A stretch of DNA of 64,000 nt from Octopus vulgaris (Eukaryota), in contig OX597818.1 of assembly GCA_951406725.2 (NCBI GenBank), positions 123,070,001 to 123,134,000 on the forward strand, in the 5' to 3' direction. This document shows positions 1 through 14,384 of the stretch, one piece after another; positions within the stretch are counted from its first letter, which is position 1; each line of letters opens with the position of its first letter. Made by a program: the position numbers and the translations under genes. The notes beneath the pieces are model-generated. The model made no database searches and had not been told where the DNA came from. It saw nothing but the letters and a program-made list of their open reading frames with translations.

Positions 1-285
1 GAAAAAATCAAACATCGTTTCAACTCTGTGTGAGTGTATGTGCGTATGTGTGTGCATGTACAAGGGAAGTATGTGTGAACTAGCGTTCTTTCAGTAACAA
101 ACGATGATCGATGTCACATCTCAAAAGACAACCACTAGATAACATTGACAAGTGTATTAACTTGATTTACCATCCATATTTTTAAAGAAAAAATTACTAT
201 TAGCAGTCATTTTTTTACGCCACGGGGAAAACTAGTATATTTATAATCTGAGAATGCGTTACCGTTTTTGTTGTTGCTGCTATAT

Positions 286-570
286 ATCACGTCACGTGAT
301 CATGTGACCGACCAGACCATCAGATGTTGCTACACATCGCTGGTCACAATGCGTTCGCATTGTTTTTAGCCTTCGAGCAGGCAAACAGAAGAAAGAGAGA
401 AATAGAAAGAGTGGAGAAAATGTACAGCAGGGATCACCCTCTGCCGGAGCCTCGTGGAGCTTTTAGGTGTTTTCGCTCAATAAACACACACGGCGCCCGG
501 TCTGGGAATCGAAACCGCGATCCTACGACTGCGAGTCTGCTGCCCTAACCACTCGGCCATTGCGCCTCCA
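286..570 (-). mobile_element. tRNA-derived SINE, head type 1 with tail B
   Basis: Minus strand starts TGGAGGCGCAATGGCCGAGTGGTTAGGG (A-box-like) and has GTTTCGATTCC (B-box-like). Same head as 28148; same tail as 29275-29567. Confidence 0.85.
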
Positions 571-579
571 CACATACAG

Positions 580-721
<142 letters not shown>

Positions 722-1643
722 CTTAGAATAACTTAGAAATTTGGCCAGTATTGGCCCAGGCCATGTCTAACTTAATAGCACCACCTGGCGAAGTCTTTCA
801 GTTCAGGATTTGGGCACCAAGGCCCATTCGAGCAGAGAGTTATTATTTGCGGAGACATATCCGGGTGTGGGTGGTTTGTCCGGTACTGTTTGAAGGAATT
901 TGTCCAAAGACTTCTTGAATTTTGTGTGGTCAGTTTCTTTTTTGACGTGTCCTGGTGTAATGTTGAAGAGAGCGGGTCCAATTGAGGTGAAGTAGTTGTG
1001 CCGTATTGTCGTTATGTGATGCGATTTAGATTTTTGTTGTGGACGGATGGCACGTGGTCCAAGCCTTGGATGCATTTTGAAGGTGATGCCAACATCATTC
1101 GGACAGTGCTGATGGAATATTTTCCACATCATACAGATAATGTAGCGTTCACGGCGTCGTTGGAGTGAATACAATTTCAGCTTCTCTAGTCTACCCCAGT
1201 AGTCAAGGTCTGACATGCCATCTATCTTTTTTGTGATTGACCTTTGGGGAGCTTCAATTCTCATAATATTTTGTTTTGTGTAGGGAGACCACAGTGGACA
1301 GCAGTATTCAAGGTGGGGTCGGGCAAAAGTGGAGAAGAGAAGGATAATAGCGTGGGAATCTCTCGACTGGAAGGTTCTGAGAATCCAGGAACACATTCTG
1401 CGGGCCATGTCAACTTTGCTGCTTATATGTGTAGCCCAGCTTATGTTGTTGTCCACTGTTACTCCCAGGTCTCTGATGTTGTTGGATGCCATGAGAATTT
1501 CTCCAGAAGGAAGAGAGTATGGGAGTTTCAGAGCGTCCTCCCTTCCAAAGTGGATCAGTTCGAATTTGTGTTCATTTAGCAACATATTATTCTTTTACGC
1601 CCATTGAACAACAGCCAGTAGGTCTGACTGAAGGTTTATTCGG
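722..1643 (-). mobile_element. 5'-truncated CR1-group LINE (C-terminal half of ORF2)
   Basis: ORF 803-1585 has RDLGV, RPHLEYCCPLWSP, LYSLQRRRERY and FKKSLDKFL, typical of CR1-type ORF2. Short TTCTAAGT repeated tail abuts (TA)n. Confidence 0.9.
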
Positions 1644-1664
1644 TCATCCATGCCATTGATGACC

Positions 1665-1757
1665 GGCGCAGGCGTGGCTGTGTGGTAAGTAGCTATAGCC
1701 TCGGGCCGACGAAAGCCTTGTGAGTGGGTTTGATTGGCAGAAATTGAAAAAAACCTG

Positions 1758-1845
<88 letters not shown>

Positions 1846-2013
1846 GTGTGCGTAAGTGTGTGTGTGTATTTGTATCTTTGTTCGTCTCCTACCATCGCTT
1901 GACAACCGATACTGGTGTGTATAGGTTTCTATTGCCGAACCATTTAGTGGTTCGGCAATAGAAACCGATAGAATAAGTACTAGACTTACAAAGAATAAGT
2001 CACGGGGTCGATT
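1665..2013 (+). mobile_element. SINE family D (tRNA-like head, internal microsatellite), internally deleted and 3'-truncated
   Basis: GGCGCAGGCGTGGCTGTGTGGTAAGTAGCT head; aligns to the fuller copies at 38000 and 41086. Confidence 0.85.
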
Positions 2014-2113
2014 TTCATTATATTCGTTGTATGCACCGTGCCTGTTCCTTAATAACGAGACTCTCGTGGCTTTGGAGTGTTAGCTACTTTTCTAGCAAGT
2101 AGTAATCCGGTAC

Positions 2114-2199
<86 letters not shown>

Positions 2200-2300
2200 T
2201 TATATATATATCAATATATAGACATAAATATATAATATATTGTATATATATATATATATAATATGCATAATATTGCACACACACATACATACATACATGA

Positions 2301-2331
<31 letters not shown>

Positions 2332-2414
2332 CATACATTCATACATACATATACATATATACACACACACACACATCTCACACACGCACGGACACACACA
2401 CACACACTCGCACG

Positions 2415-2455
<41 letters not shown>

Positions 2456-2957
2456 GAAACAACCCGACTCTTCTTCCAAGGCTCTCTATAGTAGAATTCG
2501 GAATATTATTGAAAATATAAACAACAGAATCCTAAACGTATATGCGCAGGTCTTATGTGCGCTTAATTATTCCGATTCATTGAATCGGAATATGTATATT
2601 TAATGGAACATGTATGTTTCAACATAGAAATCCATTTCGACAATATCGTTATAAGCGTTGCCTGTGCAAAAATAAAAAATGATAAATGAATAAAGAAAGA
2701 AACTTGGAATTTGCAAATAAATAAATCATTATTAGCCTTTATTAATAACTAGAAGCATGCATCAAAATTCGTTATTGTGCATGCATGATACTATAAATAA
2801 AATAAATGGTAGAAATTGATAATGGAATGAATGAAATATGGAATATATACATAACTTTCAAGGATATATATATACAAGTATACATATATGTATGTGCGTC
2901 TATACATGTACATCACTTCATATACATATATAGAGAGTTAGATAACTAGCTAGCTAG

Positions 2958-3002
<45 letters not shown>

Positions 3003-3074
3003 GAGATATATAGATAGATTGATTGATATATAGATAGATTGATAGATAGATAGATAGATAGATACAAAAGTAAG

Positions 3075-3186
3075 AGTGGACACCCTATATGTTAAACATA
3101 GTCGTCAAATCGCCATTGCCACGAAGAATGTGTTCTTCGTGGTAATGGCGTTTTGACGTCTATGCATAGCATATAGGGTGACCACT
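3075..3186. repeat. Near-perfect palindrome, ~54-bp arms with 4-nt loop (MITE-like)
   Basis: AGTGGACACCCTATATG...CCACGAAGAA tgtg TTCTTCGTGG...CATATAGGGTGACCACT. Confidence 0.85.
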
Positions 3187-3309
3187 TTAGTGGTCATTCC
3201 TCTAAATTTTGTATGAAAACTCAATTTTTAATCTTTGGATTTTTTAATATGCTAAGCCATTGGTTTTAATTAATTAACATCAATTCCTACCCTTATTATT
3301 TAATTTTAT

Positions 3310-3402
<93 letters not shown>

Positions 3403-3420
3403 TAGATAGATAGATAGATA

Positions 3421-3621
3421 TGTTTCTTTATTAGCCACACAGGGCTGCACACAGATAGAACAAATTACAAGGTAGAGCTTTTCTTTTGAAGGTTTAAGAA
3501 AGAAAAAAAAAAAAAAAAAAAGGAAGGGGGAGTTTCGATCAAAAGGGATCGTAAAAGGAGAGAAAGACGACAAAAAAGGGGGGTTTAAAAAAAGGGGAGG
3601 AGGAAAAAATTGATCAATAGG

Positions 3622-3622
<1 letters not shown>
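3421..3622 (-). mobile_element. 3' UTR stub of a LINE-like element embedded in (GATA)n
   Basis: Minus strand ends ...GCCCTGTGTGGCTAATAAAGAAACA then (TATC)n. Flanked on both sides by GATA repeats. Terminus resembles the SINE family C tail. Confidence 0.55.
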
Positions 3623-3670
<48 letters not shown>

Positions 3671-3679
3671 GTAGGTAGG

Positions 3680-3753
<74 letters not shown>

Positions 3754-4363
3754 GATAGATAGATACATACATACATACATACATACATACATACATACAT
3801 ACATACATACATACATACATACATACATAGACCCATACAAACGCACACATGTAGCTATGGAGAAATTATGTATAAACATCAAACCATAAAAACGCAGCGA
3901 TTAAGAGGTCAAATAAGAAAGGAGGTTAAAATCCAATACATTATTACATTGCACTAAGTCCAAGTCGTCTCAACTTGCATGTAAATACATTATCAGCTAA
4001 AACGATCTTTAAGAGCATCATATTAGGCTTTGAATATATCGGTATAACTGTATATATCGATATACAATTCAACATTTAATTCTACCCAACAGATAAAACA
4101 GTATATAATTACATAATTGTGGTACAGAATTGATTGATATATAATTAAATATATATGTGAATTAAATTTGTTTAAATGTTGTGTTTACGCAAAGTACCAG
4201 TTATGTCGGGATATATTAATCAGGAACTCGTTAGTATATTTGATATATCAAAATAGACAGAAAGAATGAGAACAACAGGACGAGAAAAAAACAATAAATG
4301 TAGGGATGTAAACATTAATTGCTATACATTTACATTGTACATTCTATTCTGCGTATAGAAGGG

Positions 4364-4485
<122 letters not shown>

Positions 4486-4584
4486 TGCTCATGTAACTAC
4501 ATATATACATGTAACTACATATATACATAAACCTGCAGATATATACGCATATGCTTGTGTTCATATGAATATCAATGCTATATC

Positions 4585-4650
<66 letters not shown>

Positions 4651-4745
4651 CATTATTATTGAGTGAGAGAGCAGCGCATGCCATCAAAGGGACACTGCAG
4701 TAAAATATACGAAGCCCATTATACCCATCATGACTACCCGGCACT

Positions 4746-5012
4746 AGTGGAAGCGTGTGGCTTAGTGGTTAGGGTGTTGAACTCCTGATCGTAAGGTTGT
4801 GGGTTCGATTCCTTGCCCGGGGGATGCGTTGTGTTCTTGAGCAAAACACTTCATTTCACATTGCTCCAGTCCACTCAGCTGGCAAAAATGAGTAATCCTG
4901 CAACGGACCGGCGTCCCGTCCAGGTGGGGAATTTCTACGCCAGTGAAACCGGGAAACCGGCCCTTATGAGCCTTGCATGGCTCGTGAAAGAAGATTTGTT
5001 TGTTTTTTTATA
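4746..5012 (+). mobile_element. tRNA-derived SINE with CORE-like body (family F)
   Basis: TGGCTTAGTGG A box, GGTTCGATTCC B box and GTGTTCTTGAGCAAAACACTT body. 11-bp TSD TACCCGGCACT at 4735-4745 and 5013-5023. Confidence 0.85.
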
Positions 5013-5128
5013 TACCCGGCACTGCATCAGAACCATATGTGTACGTTGCGGTGGTCTTATATCAAGATAAACAGCGCATGACATTGCAGGTTAGGCCCGG
5101 TCCGAATTTTCGTCAGGCCGAGTTGCCC

Positions 5129-5265
5129 ATACGACGGGCTTCCTTCAGTTTCCGCCTATCAATTCCACCCACAAGGCTTCGGTCGGCCCGAGGGTATAGT
5201 ACAAGACATTTACCCAAGGTTCCACGTGGTTAGCAAACAATCCTATCGCCAGACAGCCATACCTA
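5129..5265 (-). mobile_element. SINE family D 5' fragment
   Basis: ACGACGGGCTTCCTTCAGTTTCCG...CCCAAGGTTCCACG matches the family D 5' half. Confidence 0.7.
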
Positions 5266-5386
5266 TGTGCTTGTATGCATGTGTGTGTGTGTTTGTGTGA
5301 CATATCAAAGGATGTGAAAGTGTAGCAAAGTAAAGAGAGGCGCCCCGGTATGGCTGCACGTCACGCACTGAAACGTAAGCAAATAT

Positions 5387-5469
<83 letters not shown>

Positions 5470-5529
5470 TATATATATATATAGATATAGATAGATGAGA
5501 AAGTTGGTTTGTGAAAGAACGTGGATGAA

Positions 5530-6238
5530 TATATAGAAAATAGTAAAAAGTGAAAAAACTACAGAAGGCTTGTATTAGAAGGTTAAAGAATATATATTTG
5601 AGTCAATATGTCTGAAGAATATTATAAATTTTTTTCTTACAATGACATAATTTAGAAGAAATGACCGGTTTCGCGTTCAGCTTTTCAAATTTCTTACATC
5701 GTTAAGTTTATGTTGAGAAGAGTTATCATTATGTTTATGTTGAGAAGAGTTCTACATAAGGGGAGGTAATAAGTGATTTCTTCCGGTGTAAGGGAGATAA
5801 TCGCTTAAGATTTTTTGCCTTTCCTTTGGGGTGAATTTCTCTGTATAAGTATGTTGGAATGGGTAAATCTGGGCTTGTACTTTTCAATGAAGAATGTTTC
5901 CTTGTTTAGTCTAATTTGTGTTGGTGTTCCGATAGCACATTGGTAAAATGGAAAAATTAAAAATTGTGGTAGTAGTTGCTTTGCGCATTTCTCAATGTGC
6001 TCACTAAAAGGTATCATTCTGTATTCTGGGAATGCAATCTGTTGTCGATGCGGTGTGCATCTACGTCTGAGTGATAGTCCCGTGGATCCCACGTAGTCTT
6101 GGTAGCAGCCCAAGCATTTTATGACATAAATTATGTTTTCAGAGGCACAAGTAAAATTAGATTTGATCTTGAATTTCTGTCCCTCTTTGAAGAGGAACTC
6201 TGATCTTTCTAGCAGGTTTGGACATGTTGCACAGTTCG
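5530..6238 (-). mobile_element. Inverted copy of the PLE 3' end (GIY-YIG region + 3' UTR; inverted pseudo-LTR)
   Basis: Reverse complement of ~8665-9370 with scattered substitutions. ORF 5805-6350 includes NIIYVIKCLGCYQDYVGST. Confidence 0.93.
5656..5695 (-). ncRNA. Minimal type I hammerhead ribozyme motif (U3:A8 core variant), copy 2
   Basis: Exact reverse complement of 9207-9246. Confidence 0.65.
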
Positions 6239-6850
6239 TACTTTTACAAATAATCCCTTCCTTAAGAAAATTACAAAAAATAAAAAAGAAAAACCAAACA
6301 ATCCACGAAGAACCCCCAACTATCCTCCATACACTAGAAACAGAAATCACCTACAACCAACATTTTCAAACCACGCAAGACTTAACAGGAAACAAGCTGA
6401 CAGACAACGCGTCTATGAAATAAATTACACCAAAAACAGAACACACCAACAATATCCTAATACCAGACCCAACCACCATACAGCACAAAACGACACTAGA
6501 ATAAGAAATACACCACAAACAAGTCGCTACTACCCCCTGAACCATAATTACTGGTCCCCACTGAACACAAGAAAAACGCAAAAAAACACTATGTCAAGCA
6601 ACATCCCACATACAAGCAGTTCGAAACAAAAATATTTCACATACAGAAATTTTACACACACCACAAACAAAAACAACCATAGATTCCCACACACACACAA
6701 CAATCGGGGGCAACAATACCACCATTCCCCCGACCCAATATCACACAACCTCACAGACAACTCATACAAACAAAATTACACCCAACATTTTTTAGCCAGG
6801 TACCAGAGACACCAGGACACAGGCTGGAACCTAGTAATAAGGAAAAACCG

Positions 6851-9098
6851 AAGATAATCAATCTTTCATCCGAACCTCTTTCTAACATAAAAATTGACAT
6901 CCTCTCAAAAGGGCTCAAATTTACACCAACTCCACGCAAGGCCAACCTAAATGAAATCAAGGATAATATAACAGAATTTTGCAGAAAATTAAGACTAGCA
7001 GAAGCATCAACCAGTTTCAATACTGAAGATGAATCACTAGTCAAGAACAAAAGTGAACACATCCCCCACAGAGGAAGAAATAAAGATCTTGACGAATTCT
7101 GTAACCACATTGAGAACTTTCCCTGCCATACTATACATAAACAGAAAGTTAACTCAAATTTTAACACTACACAATGGAAGGAACGGATAGAACTTCAAAA
7201 TGATGAAAATATAACCATTAAGGAAGCAGACAAGGGAAATGCAGTTGTAATAATGGATACATCATACTATAGAAATCTTGTAATTTCCTTGCTTGATGAC
7301 AACCATCATTATGAAAAAATTACCAACTACACCCCACATAGAATAATGAAAACTCTATCTTCACTAATTAAAACCCATGAAAAGGAACTAACAACCAAAG
7401 AGATTGACTTTCTAACAAACTTTAAATGCAAACCTAGCCTTTTCTATGGTCTGGCAAAAATTCATAAAAGCCAAATTATAAATGAAACCATTAAAAAATC
7501 ACCAAAGACATACATACACACACCTAACCCGGGGGACCTAAATCTACGACCCATTGTAGCTGGCCCAACCTGTGAAACACACAGACTAAGTCTATTTATG
7601 GATATCCTCCTGAAACCCTTCCTTAAACATATCGATAGCCAAGGAAGAAACAATCATGGTTTCATTTGATATAGTTAACTTATATACCAATATACCTCAT
7701 AATTATGGACTAGAGGCAATACAGTTCTGGCTGGACCAATTTCCGGAAGAAATACCAAAAAGGATCAGTAAAGAATTCATTACTAAATCAATTGAATTCA
7801 TCCTACATAATAACCACTTCATGTTTGACAATACATTTTACCGTCAAAAATCCGGAATTGCTATGGGTACAAGGGCAGCACCAGTCATTGCGAACATAAC
7901 AATGGGCTACCTGGAAATAATCATTTACCAGGAATCTTTATCAATCTTTGGAAACCCCCTCTCTCAATACATAAAAAAGAATTGGAAACGATTCCTGGAC
8001 GATTGTTTTATACTCTGGAATGAAAACACAGATAAACTCCTAAAATTTAAAAACCTATTGAACAGCATAAACCCAAATATACAGTTCACAATGGAATACA
8101 ACCAAAAGGAGCTCCCATTCTTGGATATACTAATTAAAAAAATTAACCTTAAAATAGAAACAGACATGTTTTACAAAGCCACAGACGCCAAACAATACCT
8201 TCTTTTTAATTCATGCTACCCAAGACACACTAAAACAAACATCCCCTGCAACCTTACAAGAAGGATATGCACAATAGTGTCAGAACAAAATACCAGGAAC
8301 CTTAGAATGCAAGAACTCAAAAACACCCTAATTGACAGACATTACCCAGCTCAACTCATAGAGGACGGGATCAGACGTGCAACAGAAATCAACATAGAAA
8401 CTTTAAGAAAAGTTCAACACAACAACACACCTTCCCAGAAAATACTACCTTACATATCCACATACAACCCCAGAAACAAAGAAGCCTTCACCATCATCAC
8501 CCAGAATTTACCAATACTTCATAAGGACCCCAAATTAAAGAAAATTCTAAACATACACTAAATCATTAAAAGCTACAAACAACCTAAATCACTTAAAAAG
8601 ATTCTCACAAAGGCAAAATTGTTTTTTGTAATTACGGATGCAAAAGTAAAAAAATGTGGTAGACCGAACTGTGCAACGTGTCCAAACCTGCTAGAAGGAT
8701 CAGAGTTCCTCTTCAAAGAGGGACAGAAATTCAAGATCAAATCTAATTTTACTTGTGCCTCTGAAAACATAATTTATGTCATAAAATGCTCGGGCTGCCA
8801 CCAAGACTACGTGGGATCCACGGGACTATCACTCAGACGTAGATGCACACTGCATCGACAATAGATTGCATTCCCAGAATACAGAATGATACCTTTTAGT
8901 GAGCACATTGAGAAATGCGCAAAGCAACTACTACCACCATTTTTAATCTTTCCATTTTACCAATGTGCTATCGGAACACCAACACAAATTAGACTAAACA
9001 AGGAAACATTCTTCATTGAAAAGTACAAGCCCAGACTTAACCATTCCAACATACTTATACAGAGAAATTCACCCAAAGTAAAGGCAAAAGATTTTAAG
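6851..9098 (+). pseudogene. Disrupted PLE RT-GIY-YIG ORF
   Basis: Frameshifting deletion near 7640 (KHIDS | KEETIMVSFD) and in-frame stops at 8559-8561 and 8862-8864. End coordinate approximate. Confidence 0.85.
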
Positions 9099-9206
9099 CG
9101 ATTATCTCCCTTACACCGGAAGAAATCACTTATTACCTCCCCTTATGTAGAACTCTTCTCAACATAAACATAACGATAACTCCTCTCAGCATAAACATAA
9201 CGATGT

Positions 9207-9246
9207 AAGAAATTTGAAAAGCTGAACGCGAAACCGGTCATTTCTT
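9207..9246 (+). ncRNA. Minimal type I hammerhead ribozyme motif (U3:A8 core variant)
   Basis: Stem I AAGAAAT/ATTTCTT; core TTGAAAA; stem II GC-tgaac-GC; GAAA; palindromic ACCGGT stem III; GUC cleavage triplet ending at 9239. Confidence 0.65.
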
Positions 9247-9359
9247 CTAAACTATGTCATTGTAAGAAAACAATTTATAATATTCCTCAGACATATTGAC
9301 TTAAATATATATTTTTTAACCTTTTAAAACAAGCCTTCTGTAGTTTTTTCACTTTATAC

Positions 9360-9433
<74 letters not shown>

Positions 9434-9441
9434 CATGTATG

Positions 9442-9478
<37 letters not shown>

Positions 9479-9517
9479 ACATAGATATATATATATATAT
9501 ACACACACACACGCACA

Positions 9518-10971
<1,454 letters not shown>

Positions 10972-10974
<3 letters not shown>

Positions 10975-11392
10975 CTCTTTTTACTCTTTACTCTTTTACT
11001 TGTTTCAGTTATTTGACTGTGGCCATGCTGGAGCACCGCCTTTAGTCGAGCAAATCGACCCCGGAACTTATTCTTTGTAAGCCCAGTACTTATTCTACCG
11101 GTCTCTTTTGCCGAACCGCTAATTGACGGGGACGTAAACACACCAGCATCGGTTGTCAAGCAATGCTAGGGGGACAAAGACAGACACACAAACACATACA
11201 CACAAACATATATATATATATATATACATATATACGACAGGCTTCTTTCAGTTTCCGTCTACCAAATCCACTCACAAGGCATTGGTCGGCCCGGGGCTAT
11301 AGCAGAAGACACTTGCCCAAGATGCCACGCAGTGGGACTGAACCCAGAACCATGTGGCTGGTTAGCAAACTACTTACCACACAGCCACTCCT
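10972..11392 (-). mobile_element. SINE family D, near full length
   Basis: Head, internal CA/TA tract and tail GGCGGTGCTCCAGCATGGCC...GAAACAAGTAAAAGAG on the minus strand. Confidence 0.9.
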
Positions 11393-12533
11393 ATATATGT
11401 GTGTGTGTGTGTGTGTGTATGTGTGTGTTTATGTATGTATGTTTGCATGTATGTATGTGTATACACACACACACACACAAACACACATATATGTATTGAC
11501 CTATATTCCTACTAGCCAACTATATGTATTGACCTATATTCCTACTAGTTCACATCAATAGACTCAATAGTCACTACACTTTATTTTTTCTCGTTTTCTG
11601 GCAGGCAATATCCTTACCTGACGATACCTCATACAGTCATAAAACATCTGCTCATTTAATCTATGAAGTTGCACATAATGCAATATATCAAGATACGTTC
11701 AGTTTGATAGACCATCATTACTCCATCATCCAATGCGTTGCTCTGGAAAAATCGATATCACGCTCTGATCATTTAATCGGATAGGGAGAATAATATTTTG
11801 CCTATCTTTCGATGTGAATGTATATACAGGTTATGGTTGACATGATTTGCATTTCATCATGAACGAATTTTTCCTGACATATTAAATTCATAAACTGTTT
11901 AATGCTATATTGTCATGAAATGGGAAGTTGCAATGATGCTACATAATCAACCATCGTTTCTTTATTTCCGTTCTTCATCTAAGATCAACCCTGAATCTGT
12001 AGGAATAATCTATGTATATAGATTCCCATGTCGACGAGCCACCGAATTCGAGCTCTTCCATTGACATGTAAATAACATCATACCTACATATGTACACATA
12101 AGTACACATATTTCTTTCGTTTATATACCAATGAATTATAATGAAAACAGTTATACTTCACCAAGAGTTACTTAATAATTTTCGCAACGAGTTCTTGTGA
12201 AAGTAAAAGATATTATAAATTATAATTAACATATAAATATATACATGTACGCCTATTGTAGTAATTAGTTTCGGTGCAATAAAAAAAATTGAATGACTTT
12301 CGGTAGAAAAATATCAAACTAACGAAATTGCACAAACTGCCACTACATATCTAATACCTTTCTTATATAAGTCCCGGTCAAAATCAGTTTTATGATAGTT
12401 TTAAGAAACTACATGACTTTACATTTAATATTGAAACTATCCACCAGCAGTAAATATTCCTGGACATTCTTAAAATTCGTTTAAAATAACAAGTCCCCAA
12501 ATTACCATGCATACACATACACATGCAATATAG

Positions 12534-12587
<54 letters not shown>

Positions 12588-12691
12588 ACTCTCTCTCTCT
12601 CTCTCTCTCACATATTTACATATGTACGTCTACAAATATACTATTTACCTGTCTATGTATGTATGTATGTATGTATGTATGTATGTATGTA

Positions 12692-12986
12692 TTAAACCAG
12701 TGGGAGTGAAGGACTCCTAGCCTTTGTTAGGGCATCCTTCTAGGAGAAGGTAACTTAGGTAACTGGGATAACTCCGACATAAAACCTGCGGCTCAGTGAT
12801 TACCAATGATGTTGACTTGTTCTTCTTTTCGGATTATGGCTGCTGTTGCTTAGTGAGTGGGATCGACTCAGAGCACAGCCTTTCCTCACTTTAAATAAAA
12901 ATCTTCTTGCACAGGCATTGCACGATAACAACATTGGTTAAGCTTCGTGCAATGGCCATACTCGATAACGAGGGGGCAGCCACCAT
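12692..12986 (+). mobile_element. Non-coding RTE-like retroposon with (ATGT)n tail, 5'-truncated
   Basis: Closely matches 43201-43494 and is flanked by (ATGT)n. GGGCATCCTTCTAGGAGAAGGTAAC resembles RTE 5' UTR motifs. Confidence 0.65.
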
Positions 12987-13088
12987 GTATGTATGTATGT
13001 ATGTATGTATGTATGTATGTGTGTATGTATGTATGTATGTATGTAAATATGTGTGTATGTATGTATGTATCTATCTATCTATCTATCC

Positions 13089-13121
<33 letters not shown>

Positions 13122-13679
13122 AGTATCTATCTATCTATCTATATATCTATATATCTATCTATCTATATATATATGTGTTTACATATAATATATATATCTT
13201 TCTCTCTCTATATATATATATATTTGTTTATAAAAGCATCTTTGTAAACATATATGCACAAACATATGTAAAAATATATGTGTGAGGGATATGTGTGTGT
13301 GTGTACGTATATAATCTCCGCGCATAAACACATAAAGAGAATGGATGTGTCTCTCCTACTTCATTTGAACTTATATTTCCAGATTTTCCCCAGTGCTATT
13401 TGTACATCTCTGTAAATTCTATAAGACTTCAAAGGCTTCCCTAAACCGAGGATTTTTTGATTATTTTAAAGAACTTAACAAAGAAAAACCAATAAACGAA
13501 TCTGTGGTCGAACTTGAATTAAAAGAATGATATGTATAAGACAACAACAAGAATCAAAACAGACATCACAGCAACTAGCACCATCGACCATAACAAGAGC
13601 GCTTCTTCTAACTACAAACGATGGTTACGAGACTGACATCACTAGTACGAATATTGGTGATCCTAATACTGATGCGCAT

Positions 13680-13880
13680 GATGATGATACCCGTGATGAT
13701 GATGACGATGATGATGATGACTGAATTGATGATGATATTGATGACGATGATGATGATGAATGAAATGATGATGAATGAAATGATGATGATGTTGATGATG
13801 ATGATGATGTTGATGATGATGATGACGATGACGACGACGGTGATGGTAGTAGTGGTTGGGTTGGTGATGACGATGATAAA
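13680..13880. repeat. (GAT)n degenerate microsatellite
   Basis: Direct reading. Confidence 0.95.
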
Positions 13881-14384
13881 TGGGAAGTTATAGAGGAAAG
13901 AAGGTAGCACTCAGCATCACCTACGCAACCACTACCAAAGGTACTTTCACATTCAGGCGCACACTCACGCACGCACACGCTCACACATACCCAGACGTAC
14001 GCATATATATATACACATATACATACAGACACAAACAAGCGCTTAAGCGTGCACACACATACACACGCATACACACACACACACACACACGCGCGCATAC
14101 ATGTAGAATACGTAGAACAAAGATTAGGTTAAAACTGTTGAGGCATCGTTCTTCAAAAGATCGGATTGGAAACTTGAAAGAGTTCTTCACATCTGTTTTC
14201 AGGAAATGGTTGCTTCATACGGTCCTGGATAGTTCTTGAAGGTAAGCCTGTACCTACAGAGGTGTTGGTGGTGGTGGTGGTGGATGGAAGTCGTAAGAGA
14301 ATGGTCCAGAAGAAGTGGATGAAGCTTGGTATGAAGATGAAGAACAGATAAAGAAAGGGATGAAGAGATAGAGGAAAGGGTGAA

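Larger units (their letters stand above)
6239..9367 (+). mobile_element. Penelope-like retroelement, probably Neptune-type, decayed and 5'-truncated
   Basis: INLSS..LSKGLKFTPTP from ~6851, KEADKG, LRPIV, SFDIVNLYTNIP, GIAMGTRAAP, RFLDD, LPFLD. Cys linker KCGRPNCATC, then C-terminal GIY-YIG (IIYVIKC..C..DYVGST). Ends in (TA)n. Confidence 0.93.

Noticed and set aside
6421-6564. In-frame TGA codons in the PLE as selenocysteine
   Set aside because: They are mixed with TAA stops in a low-complexity region, consistent with decay. The domain order is RT-EN, not the EN-first lineage known for selenocysteine.
11488-11548. Short tandem duplications (also ~25820-25890, 41992-42135, 45031-45085, 55150-55190)
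   Set aside because: Ordinary slippage-type duplications with two or three copies; no further structure.
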